Notes: a model not told the origin generated them from the sequence alone. Numbered from the stretch's first letter, positions 1 through 9,169 are shown. The stretch: DNA of 54,774 bases from Bacteroidales bacterium (GCA_046545815.1 JBKGZA010000003.1:1-54774), one strand, 5' to 3'. A program made the numbers and translations.

Positions 1-67
1 TAAGGGTATGAATGGTGAAAGTAATAAGAGAAGCTCCGGTTTGACGCAAAAGAGAAAATACTTTCAT
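1..67 (-). CDS. possible 5' end of a gene running off the window edge
   Basis: ATG at 67 after an A-rich leader opens MKVFSLLRQTGASLITFTIHTL with no stop before the edge. Confidence 0.3.
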   Translation of the reverse strand, partial: MKVFSLLRQTGASLITFTIHTL

Positions 68-187
68 TTTTAAAAAATTATAACTACAAATATAAATAAA
101 CTTCTATCTTTATTAAATGAAAAAGTATTTTGAATTTTTTGTATACTTGTAAGTTTGATATCACCGTTAAACACAAAACTACATATT

Positions 188-673
188 ATGAGTACCCAGA
201 AAGATTTCAGCCTGGTTTATCAGAAAAAGCCCTTGCTGGAAAAAACCTATAACCAGTTGAAAAAACATTTTGATGATTCATATACCTACATTAAGGAAGG
301 AGACCGTTTTAAAAGGACAAATTATGTGAATTTCCTGAAAAATTACGGAAAGGTACGGTTTAAGAAGATGCTGCTTAAAGAGCTTTCCAACAGTGATTTC
401 TATCTGACGATGGAATGTCCGGAAGTAAAATCAGAAGGTACCGAAGTGCAGTATCTAAGTAAAATGCAGATGGAAATACTGATCGATATATTGGAAATCA
501 ATAAGAAACATAAGGAGGAGGATTATTTTGATTATAAAGAAATTTTTGACCAAATAAGAGAATATCTGGACTATACCAAAGGAAAAATGATGAAGAATAT
601 GAATCCCTGGAACCACTATAAAGCGCTGAAAAAAATTGAAGAAAAGATTCAAGAGAATGAACAACATGAGTAA
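188..673 (+). CDS. hypothetical protein
   Basis: Long ORF with a likely ATG at 188 (MSTQKDF...); no recognisable motif. Confidence 0.7.
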   Translation: MSTQKDFSLVYQKKPLLEKTYNQLKKHFDDSYTYIKEGDRFKRTNYVNFLKNYGKVRFKKMLLKELSNSDFYLTMECPEVKSEGTEVQYLSKMQMEILIDILEINKKHKEEDYFDYKEIFDQIREYLDYTKGKMMKNMNPWNHYKALKKIEEKIQENEQHE

Positions 674-787
674 TATTTAAGTTCCAGATAAAAGTTCAAT
701 TAAAATTTCCGATCTTTTGCCGACATTAAAAAATTATCGTACCTTGTCGGGAACCAGATAGACATAAAATTCTAATGAGGGCATATT

Positions 788-979
788 ATGAATTATGACT
801 TGATACAACAAAAATTTCTTTGTCCTTATTGCGGGGCAAAAGTCTCGGTTTTTCTGGATCCGTCAGTACCAAAACAAAAATATTATGAAGATTGTGAAGT
901 ATGCTGCAATGCAATTGAAATCAATTATGAATTCACAGACGGAGACTTGTCCTATTTTCATGCCGCTTTTGAAGAATAG
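788..979 (+). CDS. CPXCG motif cysteine-rich (zinc-ribbon) protein
   Basis: CPYCG...YYEDCEVCCNAI signature. Confidence 0.85.
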   Translation: MNYDLIQQKFLCPYCGAKVSVFLDPSVPKQKYYEDCEVCCNAIEINYEFTDGDLSYFHAAFEE

Positions 980-1122
980 GTAAGCATTTGTAATACCGGG
1001 ATATTTATATATGGATGGCAATATATTTTACCACTCCTTTACGAATACATCAGAAGGGCAACTCATTTGCATGAAAAAAATTGGCACGAGGCCTTACTTT
1101 GCAGTAATGATATCTCAGGAAT

Positions 1123-1338
1123 TTAATCGTAAATGGTCTTAATTTTATATACATTGTTGTCTTCCTTCACTACATCAAAATAGGAATCCCGGTGCTTGAT
1201 CAGGTTAACACCAGCAGATGATGCACCATCTCCGTAGGATTTTCCCTGTTCCAACTTTATTCCGCCTATTTCAACAGTTACTTTGGGACGGACAAGCTTA
1301 TTCTGGATCTCAAACAATTCTGAAAAATGCATTTTCAT
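1123..1338 (-). CDS. small hypothetical protein
   Basis: 71-aa ORF with ATG after an A-rich leader and protein-like composition. Confidence 0.55.
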   Translation of the reverse strand: MKMHFSELFEIQNKLVRPKVTVEIGGIKLEQGKSYGDGASSAGVNLIKHRDSYFDVVKEDNNVYKIKTIYD

Positions 1339-1491
1339 GGCTCTGTATTTTAAATTGAACTTTATAGCTTAACTTCCGGTTATTTCTTTTAATGTTGTTG
1401 TATCACCCTGTTTATAAGGATATTTCAGTGCCTGTTTCTGCTTTATCGAACCCGCCTGAATTGTGGGTAATATAAAAAAAATTCCATAAAC

Positions 1492-1524
1492 AAAAAAAGC
1501 TTCACAAAATTTTTGTGAAGCTTT
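1492..1524 (-). terminator. intrinsic terminator of the cold-shock gene
   Basis: AAAGCTTCACAAAA/TTTTGTGAAGCTTT inverted repeat with a U-tract on the minus strand. Confidence 0.75.
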
Positions 1525-1564
1525 AGGATTTCCCGGTGTAAACTATAAATCGATGTATATTTAA

Positions 1565-1756
1565 TTATACCCGTTTAACATTTACCGCATTTAATCCTTT
1601 TCTACCTTCCTTTAATTCAAAGGTCACTTCGTCATCTTCCTGAATGTTATCAACAAGACCGGATACATGCACGAAGTATTCGTTGTCTGACTCTGTGTCT
1701 TTAATGAAGCCAAAACCTCTGGATTCATTAAAAAATTTTACTTTTCCTTCTTTCAT
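1565..1756 (-). CDS. cold-shock protein (CSD)
   Basis: MKEGKVKFFNESRGFGFI...YFVHVS RNP1/RNP2 motifs; the true start is ATG 1756, not the longer ORF. Confidence 0.95.
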   Translation of the reverse strand: MKEGKVKFFNESRGFGFIKDTESDNEYFVHVSGLVDNIQEDDEVTFELKEGRKGLNAVNVKRV

Positions 1757-1780
1757 AATAATTGTTAATTTATTCTCCTG

Positions 1781-1788
1781 CAAATGTA
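1781..1788 (-). promoter_or_regulatory. Bacteroidota -7 promoter box (TACATTTG) for the cold-shock gene
   Basis: Matches TAnnTTTG about 25 nt upstream of the ATG. Confidence 0.6.
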
Positions 1789-1850
1789 AGCGATTCAAAC
1801 AATTCAACAAGCATTTACCAAAAAAGTTTAAAAAAAATTTCAATAAATAT

Positions 1851-2369
1851 TTACTCTTGCTTGTTTTTATGGAGTTTATCTATAAGCTTTTCAATAAAAT
1901 TTTTTTCTTCTTCCTTTTTTCGCTTATTCTGGTTTTTCTTCAGGGCATTCAACAATTTCTCAATAAAGCCCGGTGCTTTATCCCGATAATCAGGGCAGGC
2001 ATAAGAAGAGGGATCGATATGATTGTATGTGAAATCCGTCAAATATTTGGAATTGGGGTGATGGGTATAGAGGTCATTCAGAAAATATCCGGCAAGGGGG
2101 AGTGCGGTAGCTGCTCCCTGTCCGTGGGCCAGAATTTTGAAGTGCACAGACGGATATTCTGCTCCCACCCAACTGGCAAAAACGAGGTTTGGCGTATAAC
2201 CGACAAACCAGCCATCTGCATGATCCTGTGTTGTACCGGTTTTTCCTGCAACTTCACCTGTAAATGTAAAGTTTGTCGTCAGTGACTGGGCAGTTCCCCT
2301 TTTTACAACATTTTGCAGCATCATGGTTACATCCCGGCTTAAATTTCTTATATCATAAAACCCTTCCAT
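1851..2369 (-). pseudogene. C-terminal fragment of a class A penicillin-binding protein (PBP1A-type)
   Basis: MLQNVVKRGTA...GKTGTTQDHADGWFVGYTPNLV is the KTG-containing end of a transpeptidase domain; SxxK, SxN, transglycosylase domain and TM anchor are missing. Confidence 0.75.
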
Positions 2370-2392
2370 TATCTATCGCTATGGAACGGGTT

Positions 2393-2400
2393 CAAAGATA
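2393..2400 (-). promoter_or_regulatory. -7 promoter box (TATCTTTG) upstream of the PBP fragment
   Basis: TAnnTTTG consensus about 24 nt upstream of ATG 2369. Confidence 0.55.
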
Positions 2401-2401
2401 T

Positions 2402-2433
2402 AAAAAAACCGGAGGTGCCTGAAGCACCCCCGG
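2402..2433 (-). terminator. intrinsic terminator
   Basis: CCGGGGGTGC-TTCAG-GCACCTCCGG followed by T7; the G-U pair forms only on the minus strand. Confidence 0.75.
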
Positions 2434-2514
2434 AAAAAACCAATCACAAAAAGCAACCCAAAAAGAGACTATGAAAAAACAACCTAAACCATGAAAACTT
2501 CAAAAATTTATGTA
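2402..2514 (-). ncRNA. candidate small regulatory RNA
   Basis: Minus-strand terminator with no credible upstream minus-strand CDS; U/G-rich body with two TTTTCAT(G/A)GT motifs; ECF-like promoter at 2518-2543. Confidence 0.5.
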
Positions 2515-2710
2515 ATGATACATTATTTTGGGCAATTGGGTTTAAAACAATTGACCAGTAGAAGAATTTTGATTATGAACATGCGTTTTTAAATTATTAA
2601 TGCATTCAATTGGTGTATAGAATAAGGTTCATAAGGAATATGGTCAGGCAGAAAGAAGCTGTTTGAAAAACAGGATGCATTCATTAATTTAGCAACACAC
2701 AGAAAAGGAT

Positions 2711-3943
2711 ATGAAGCGATCGGGGCAGGCAGATCTGCCACTGCATAACGGAAAAGTTCCTCCATGGTTGTTTGAGCGGATGGCCAAACTTGGGGGCGCG
2801 GTCATTGAATGGATCGTACAGGAATATGGTAGTAGAGAGGTTATCCGGAAGATCAGCAATCCTTATTGGTTCCAGTCGCTGGGAGCAGTAATGGGAATGG
2901 ACTGGCATTCATCGGGTATAACCACTTCAGTAATGGGGGCTTTAAAAAAAGCTGTCAATCCAATGGCCCATGAGTTGGGTCTGTATGTTGCCGGAGGAAG
3001 GGGAAAATATTCGCGGCAAACGCCCGATGAATTGTTGCGCCTGGCCGAAAAAACAGGTTTAAACGGCAACCAGCTTGTAAGGAGCAGCCGGCTTAGCGCT
3101 AAAATTGATAATACAGCCATTCAGGATGGCTTTCAATTGTACCTGCACAATTTTATTGTCACTAGTACAGGGGAATGGGCAGTTATTCAGCAAGGCATGA
3201 ACGGCTCCAGCGGCATGGCCCGGAGGTATCACTGGCATTCGCAGAGGCTCAAATCATTTATTGAAGAACCCCATTCGTATATATGCGGACGTAATATGGG
3301 CCAGATAATGAATCTTACCGATAAGCATGCGAAGCCTTCAAGAGAAGGGATCATGCGGATCAGCAGGGAAAATCCTCAAAAGATGATCAAAGAGATTCAA
3401 AAGCTTGCCATGCCCTCCTACCACCAGGTACGGGCCGAAGATTTTGATCTGAAACGGCTCGGCTCCATACTCGCACTGACCTATGAGGGGCTGTATCAAG
3501 ATTTTGAATCGCTACTCCTCCTCCGTGGACTGGGTCCGAAAACCCTCCGTTCGCTGACCCTGGTAAGCGAAGTCATCCACGGAACTCCTTCAAGATTCAG
3601 GGACCCCGCACGCTTTTCCTTTGCCCATGGCGGAAAGGACGGGCATCCACATCCTGTGCAGACCAAAGTTTACGATGAAACCATCTCAGAACTTAAAAAT
3701 GCGATTGATCGGAGCAAAATCGGTTACAGTGACAAAAAGCAGGCACTCAAAAAGCTCTCGGGAATCTCCCGACAAATGGAAAAAGACTTCCAGCCCAATA
3801 ATCAGGAATATGAAAAATACCTCACCAAAGAAAAAGAAGAATCTTATCTATATGGAGGTCGGACAGCGTATGGGAAATCCAAACCACCTCACTCTAAAAA
3901 TCGCAGAAAAGACAAGGGACCCCAACAGCTCAGACTTTTCTGA
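2711..3943 (+). CDS. DUF763 domain-containing protein
   Basis: ADLPLH.G.VP.WL, WFQSLGAVMGMDWHSSGITT, FSFAHGGKDGHP motifs. Confidence 0.9.
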   Translation: MKRSGQADLPLHNGKVPPWLFERMAKLGGAVIEWIVQEYGSREVIRKISNPYWFQSLGAVMGMDWHSSGITTSVMGALKKAVNPMAHELGLYVAGGRGKYSRQTPDELLRLAEKTGLNGNQLVRSSRLSAKIDNTAIQDGFQLYLHNFIVTSTGEWAVIQQGMNGSSGMARRYHWHSQRLKSFIEEPHSYICGRNMGQIMNLTDKHAKPSREGIMRISRENPQKMIKEIQKLAMPSYHQVRAEDFDLKRLGSILALTYEGLYQDFESLLLLRGLGPKTLRSLTLVSEVIHGTPSRFRDPARFSFAHGGKDGHPHPVQTKVYDETISELKNAIDRSKIGYSDKKQALKKLSGISRQMEKDFQPNNQEYEKYLTKEKEESYLYGGRTAYGKSKPPHSKNRRKDKGPQQLRLF

Positions 3944-3986
3944 GAAGGCAACTGAAATCAGGGGGAGACTTGGGCCAGGAACTGCT

Positions 3987-5093
3987 TTAATCCATAAAAG
4001 AATAGATATAAGAGCGAATTTCGTCTTCGGCACTTTCCATTGACCTGAGTAAGGTCAGCTGTGCCTTTGTTCGCTGCAGATTATGTTCAGGATAGTCTAT
4101 TTTATAATATTTATCTTCCTGAAGGTAATCCGTAAGAAAACGGATGGTCTGTTCATAGACCATCATTAAAGGTGCAAGCGGCAACAACTTTTTCTCTTTT
4201 TCCGTCATTACATCAAGTGTCCGGTCAATATACCCCCGGGTAAAAGCTTTGAAATAGGCCAGGTTGAATGAGACATTGCTTAGATCCCTGTCATCTTCTT
4301 CTCCTGTATTCGTTATGGTACGCAAGGCATCTCCAAAATCGTAGTGAACATATCCAGGCATTACCGTATCGAGGTCTATGATGCATATAGCCTGGTCGGA
4401 TTTGTTAAGCAACACATTGTTAAACTTGGTATCGTTATGGGTAACTCTTAGTGGCAATAAACCTTTCTTACCTGCTACCCCAATGGAAGTCATCTTCTCT
4501 GCCCGCTCGTCCAAAAAGGTAATCATATCCCCTGCCTGATCCAATCTGTCCTTAGGTGCGTTGTTTATTGCCTCCCGAAACCATTCCAGCCGCTTTTGCA
4601 CATCATGAAAATGTGGAATAGAAATGTGGAGTTCATTCACAGGAAAATCCGTCAGGTTACGGATGAAATTGCCGAATGCCTTGCCTCCTTCCCAGGCTTG
4701 ATTGTCATTCTCCACCACATCCAGGGTTTTACTGTCAGGGATAAAATACAATAAGGACCAGTAATTCTTGTGGCTGTCCATAACATAATATTCTCCTGAT
4801 AAGGAAGGAAGCAATTTCAGGATATAGTGGAGTCCCGTTTCATCTAAGTTGGTTTGCTGTTTTTTCTGCCTCAAATGATCCGTCACCCTGGCTATATTTT
4901 TCAACAAGGCAGGGGGATTTTTGAAAACATACTGATTAATCCTTCTAAGTATGTAATCGGGCTTGTCGGGTTCGGCTGACTGAACCAGATAGGTGTCATT
5001 GATATGTCCTGAACCGTAAATTTCGGCAGAATAAAAACTGCCTTCCGTGTCAAATTGCTCGAAAATATTTTTAATTGCCTGATTGGAACCCAT
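3987..5093 (-). CDS. aminoglycoside phosphotransferase-family sugar kinase (NahK/AmgK-like)
   Basis: GSGHINDTY, THNDTKFNN, IDLDTVMPG, YDFGDALR motifs. Confidence 0.88.
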   Translation of the reverse strand: MGSNQAIKNIFEQFDTEGSFYSAEIYGSGHINDTYLVQSAEPDKPDYILRRINQYVFKNPPALLKNIARVTDHLRQKKQQTNLDETGLHYILKLLPSLSGEYYVMDSHKNYWSLLYFIPDSKTLDVVENDNQAWEGGKAFGNFIRNLTDFPVNELHISIPHFHDVQKRLEWFREAINNAPKDRLDQAGDMITFLDERAEKMTSIGVAGKKGLLPLRVTHNDTKFNNVLLNKSDQAICIIDLDTVMPGYVHYDFGDALRTITNTGEEDDRDLSNVSFNLAYFKAFTRGYIDRTLDVMTEKEKKLLPLAPLMMVYEQTIRFLTDYLQEDKYYKIDYPEHNLQRTKAQLTLLRSMESAEDEIRSYIYSFMD

Positions 5094-5117
5094 ATTTATT
5101 TTCGGATTAATCTGTGT

Positions 5118-6068
5118 TTATAAATCACTGCTATATTTTGTGGTTGCCATATTGTTCCACAATACTTGCGGATATTTTCCCGCATCAATCATTGCCCGTA
5201 TTTCTCTTATGGCAATTTGTTTATCTTCTCTGTAAGTAACCCCAAACCAGTTTCCCCTGGTGCGAAAGACTTTGGTGGTTGCCTGTTTTTTTGCAAGCAT
5301 CTGTGAAACAGCTTCCGGAAGATAAAACTCCGCTGACACGGAATAGCCATAGTCTTGCAGGAATTCTGAAAACAATTGTTCCAGGTGATCGAAAATATCC
5401 GGGGTAAAACCCCACAGGTTCATGGAAACCATTGTATCGGGACTGAAATATTTCTGTTTGCCCGTCATTGCGCTTTCACCTGTTATGTAACCGTTGGAAT
5501 CATACTGAATGTTCTTGTATTCATGTATATCAACCAGGTGGTCATTGTCATCCGTTTGAATGATCCCTCTCGCAACTTTTCCATATCTGGAAAGTGTTGC
5601 CTTCAGGTAATAAGCCACCATAGCAAAATTACCTTCCGAATTTTCCGAAAGGCCTCCCAGGAAGTCGTCAAGGGTTTGCATGGCGGAAATACCATAAAAA
5701 TCATCTGCATTTACTACAGCAAAGGGTTCGTCTATTGCATCCCGGCAGGCGAGCACTGCTTCTCCGGTCCCCCAAGGCTTAGTGCGCTTCACGGACATGG
5801 GGTATTTTTGTTTATATATGTGCTGGTAAGCATATTGAATTTCTACGTTCTGGTCGTTTAGCTGAGGTTCGAAGCGTTTTCTGAAAGCTTTTTCGAAATC
5901 TTCACGTATAAGAAATACAATTTTATTGAAACCGGCTCTGATGGCATCATACATGGTATAATCGATAAGTGCTTCCCCGTTTGGCCCAAAACGGTCAATC
6001 TGTTTTAATCCTCCATAACGGTTGCCCATACCGGCTGCAAGAATGAGAAGGGTACGTTTGCTGCTCAT
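5118..6068 (-). CDS. sugar-phosphate nucleotidyltransferase
   Basis: LAAGMGNRYGGLKQ, KPWGTGEA, NADDFYG motifs. Confidence 0.9.
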   Translation of the reverse strand: MSSKRTLLILAAGMGNRYGGLKQIDRFGPNGEALIDYTMYDAIRAGFNKIVFLIREDFEKAFRKRFEPQLNDQNVEIQYAYQHIYKQKYPMSVKRTKPWGTGEAVLACRDAIDEPFAVVNADDFYGISAMQTLDDFLGGLSENSEGNFAMVAYYLKATLSRYGKVARGIIQTDDNDHLVDIHEYKNIQYDSNGYITGESAMTGKQKYFSPDTMVSMNLWGFTPDIFDHLEQLFSEFLQDYGYSVSAEFYLPEAVSQMLAKKQATTKVFRTRGNWFGVTYREDKQIAIREIRAMIDAGKYPQVLWNNMATTKYSSDL

Positions 6069-6238
6069 GAGTGTATTTTAAATTAAAAAAAATGAAAATG
6101 CAGAAATGACAATCGAAATTCGGCTCAATATTAAAACAAATGAAAACTTTATCAAAATTTTCAACGGATAAATCCTTGGATACATTTGTTATCAGGCAAA
6201 TTCAATTAAACGGAAAGGTGATAGGACTTCTTGGAGGC

Positions 6239-6886
6239 TTATTTCAAATATCGACCAAACTGTTGATTCAGCTTTTCCATCTTGGGATCAATCCTTAAGC
6301 GGCAATAGGGCTGGTTGGGATTGTTCCTGTAGAAATCCTGATGGTAATCTTCGGCAACGTAAAAATTCTTAAAAGATTCGATTTCTGTAACAACCGGATC
6401 ACCGAAGTAGCCGGAATTGTCCATTTCTTCTTTTGATGCCTCTGCAATATGTTTTTGCTCTTCGCTGTGATAAAATATAACTGAACGATACTGTGTGCCG
6501 ATATCTGGTCCCTGACGATTGAGTGTGGTGGGATCATGGGTTTTCCAGAAAACTTCCAATAATTTTCTGTAGCTGACCAATTCTGGATCAAATTTAATCT
6601 GAATCACCTCGGCATGGCCGGTTCTACCTGTTGTAACTTCTTTATAAGAAGGATTTTTTACATGGCCTCCTGAATAACCCGATGTAACGCTTTTTACCCC
6701 CTGTATTTGCTGAAAAACGGCTTCCACGCACCAGAAACACCCTGCGCCAAAAGTAGCAGTTTCCAGTTTATTTTGATTATTGGTATTCATGGTTATTTTA
6801 TTTTGTTGAGCATTACCGTATTGAACCAACATTAAGATCATCAATATAAACGAGCTTATGTAATGCATGGGTTTTCTTTTTAACAT
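6239..6886 (-). CDS. msrA: peptide-methionine (S)-S-oxide reductase with N-terminal signal peptide
   Basis: GAGCFWCVE, TGHAEVIQ, HDPT, QYRS, AEDYHQ motifs; hydrophobic leader ending GNA-Q. Confidence 0.93.
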   Translation of the reverse strand: MLKRKPMHYISSFILMILMLVQYGNAQQNKITMNTNNQNKLETATFGAGCFWCVEAVFQQIQGVKSVTSGYSGGHVKNPSYKEVTTGRTGHAEVIQIKFDPELVSYRKLLEVFWKTHDPTTLNRQGPDIGTQYRSVIFYHSEEQKHIAEASKEEMDNSGYFGDPVVTEIESFKNFYVAEDYHQDFYRNNPNQPYCRLRIDPKMEKLNQQFGRYLK

Positions 6887-6987
6887 GCGATTTACTTTAT
6901 TATTAAAACAAATATCCCGGCTTTTGGTTTAGTTATACGAATAGTCACGTTCAGGATGAACCGATACGTCACAATTGAAAAATAACA

Positions 6988-8259
6988 TCAGGTGGTTTGT
7001 TTCCCAGAGGCCTCAATTACTTTCCGGAATACCCTCATGAAATTTCCGCCCCAGATTTTCTCAATTTCTTCCTTGGTATATCCTCTTTTAAACAGCTCAC
7101 GGGTTATTTTTTCAATTTCGCTCACATCTTTGCATCCTTCAACCCTGGCTCCACCATCAAAGTCCGTTCCGATTCCCACATGTTCCAGACCGATATGTTC
7201 AACTACATAGTCAATATGATCCACCACATCCTGAACAGAAGCCAGTTCTCCGGGGTATTTTTTCTGTAAGGCATTCCATTCCTTTCGGGCCTGTGCCATT
7301 CTTTCTTCGCTTAAATCCTCAAAATTATCGTATTTCTCCCGGAGGGTCTTCATTGCTGAATCCCTGGCTGGATTGGGCTCGGGCTTTATCAGATAGTCGC
7401 TGAAAAGGCATATCTGAATCACTCCGTTATTTTCTTTCAATGCCGTCAGCATAGAATCGGAAAGGTTCCGGGGGTGATCCCTCAAGGCCCTGACGCATGA
7501 GTGGGAAGCCATTACCGGGGCACGGCTCTGGTCAATCACATCAAAAAAGGCTTCGTCAGAAATGTGTGATACATCAACAATCATTCCCAGTTGATTCATT
7601 CGCTGTACGACCCTTTCTCCGAAATCACTTAAACCGTTATGTTCTGGTCCATCAGTATCTGTAGCAGAATCACATATATCATTATTGCTGGTGTGACATA
7701 GGGTTATATAGCGGGCACCCATATTGTAGTATTTGTCCACATACGAGAGGTCTTTTCCTATGGGATAACCGTTTTCAACACCTATATAAATGGCCCTTTT
7801 TTCTTTTTTCTCTATTTTATAAGCATCTTCAGGAGTTGTTGCAAGTGAAGCCATTTCGGGATATTCATTCACTGCTTCCTTAATTGCCGAAAACAACTCT
7901 CCTGCCCTTTCCCGGGCTTGTTGGTAACCGGCTGGTGACAGTTCTTTCTGAGCAGTAAAGACAGCAAAAAACACAGCATCAAGATTTCCTTCCTCCATAC
8001 GGGGAAGATCCAGTTGTGTTCGACTTGAATCATATGAATGTCTTTTTCCAATGTCGAAATCGGGATTTGCTAAATTCAAAGGGCTATCGGTGTGGGTGTC
8101 TATGGATAGGATTTCCTTATGAATTTGCTCTGCATTTTTTGTACTGGTATTATCGTTATTTTGTCTTTTACAACCACAGATAAAAACAATTAAAAGGATT
8201 ACAGAGGTAAATTTTGTCACATTCATAAATGATAAATATTTATTTAGAGTCCGGTTCAT
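6988..8259 (-). CDS. membrane dipeptidase (peptidase M19), lipoprotein
   Basis: IDTHTD, DVSH, ASHS, GIGTDFDG, KIWGGNFMRV motifs; lipobox ICGC; start uncertain (8259 or 8226). Confidence 0.9.
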   Translation of the reverse strand: MNRTLNKYLSFMNVTKFTSVILLIVFICGCKRQNNDNTSTKNAEQIHKEILSIDTHTDSPLNLANPDFDIGKRHSYDSSRTQLDLPRMEEGNLDAVFFAVFTAQKELSPAGYQQARERAGELFSAIKEAVNEYPEMASLATTPEDAYKIEKKEKRAIYIGVENGYPIGKDLSYVDKYYNMGARYITLCHTSNNDICDSATDTDGPEHNGLSDFGERVVQRMNQLGMIVDVSHISDEAFFDVIDQSRAPVMASHSCVRALRDHPRNLSDSMLTALKENNGVIQICLFSDYLIKPEPNPARDSAMKTLREKYDNFEDLSEERMAQARKEWNALQKKYPGELASVQDVVDHIDYVVEHIGLEHVGIGTDFDGGARVEGCKDVSEIEKITRELFKRGYTKEEIEKIWGGNFMRVFRKVIEASGKQTT

Positions 8260-8384
8260 AAAGTCTTCGGTGGTTAATATTATTTGTTTAAACCACAAGG
8301 TTTCATAGAGAGTGAATACAGAACAACACAGAGATCATCTCGGAAAATATTGCTAATTTTTTGACTTTTATTGTCTCCTGAAGT

Positions 8385-9095
8385 TTAATGTCTGTCCCCT
8401 TTATCATCCAGCATTGGAACAAACCTTACCCCGGATATTTCCTTCTTTTTGATTTCCCCGTTTTCTTTTTCCAGCAGGACAAGATTCTGAAATATAGTTC
8501 CGCCTACAGGTATGACCATCCTGCCACCCTCTGCAAGTTGCTTTTTCAACGGTTCAGGGACATCAGAAGGAGAAGCGGTAACAATGATGCCGTCAAAAGG
8601 TGCATGTTCTTCCCATCCTTTGTAACCGTCCCCGATTTTAATGCGGACGTTGTCGTATCCTTGCTCCCGTAAGGTTTTTCTTGCCCGTTCTGCCAGTTCT
8701 TCAACAATTTCTATTGAATACACGTTAGGGGTAATCTTTGAAAGCACAGCGGCCTGATAACCTGAACCTGTACCTATTTCCAGCATTTTATCGCCTTTTT
8801 CAAGATTAAGGTAATCAGTCATCAGTGCTACGATATAGGGTTGAGAAATGGTCTGATCTTGTCCGATAGGAAGCGGGCGGTCAGAATAAGCCATATGCCT
8901 GTTTTGCTCCGGTACAAATTCATGTCTTTTCACAGAGCGCATGGCTTGCAAAACTTGTGGATCTTCGATTCCCCTTCTTTCTAACTGTTCTTCAACCATC
9001 TTCGTTCTTTGCTGTGTATAATTTTGAGCGCAAGCAGCAATCGGTAAAAAGATGGTCAAAATCATTATTTGAAAAACCGTATTTTTCATGGTCAT
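8385..9095 (-). CDS. pcm: protein-L-isoaspartate O-methyltransferase with signal peptide
   Basis: QTISQPYIVA, LEIGTGSGYQAA, APFDGIIVTA, VRFVPM motifs. Confidence 0.93.
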   Translation of the reverse strand: MTMKNTVFQIMILTIFLPIAACAQNYTQQRTKMVEEQLERRGIEDPQVLQAMRSVKRHEFVPEQNRHMAYSDRPLPIGQDQTISQPYIVALMTDYLNLEKGDKMLEIGTGSGYQAAVLSKITPNVYSIEIVEELAERARKTLREQGYDNVRIKIGDGYKGWEEHAPFDGIIVTASPSDVPEPLKKQLAEGGRMVIPVGGTIFQNLVLLEKENGEIKKKEISGVRFVPMLDDKGDRH

Positions 9096-9169
9096 GGTAT
9101 TATTTACATACTTAAACGAATATTAACGGATGATTCTTATAATCTTAAAGCCTCAAATAGAATAAAACC

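Noticed and set aside
1082-1103. TGGCACG...TTGCA as a sigma-54 promoter
   Set aside because: Spacing between the boxes is too long for -24/-12 and it points into a gene's 3' end
1644-2285. 213-aa plus-strand ORF
   Set aside because: Antisense shadow of the cold-shock gene and PBP fragment; no motifs
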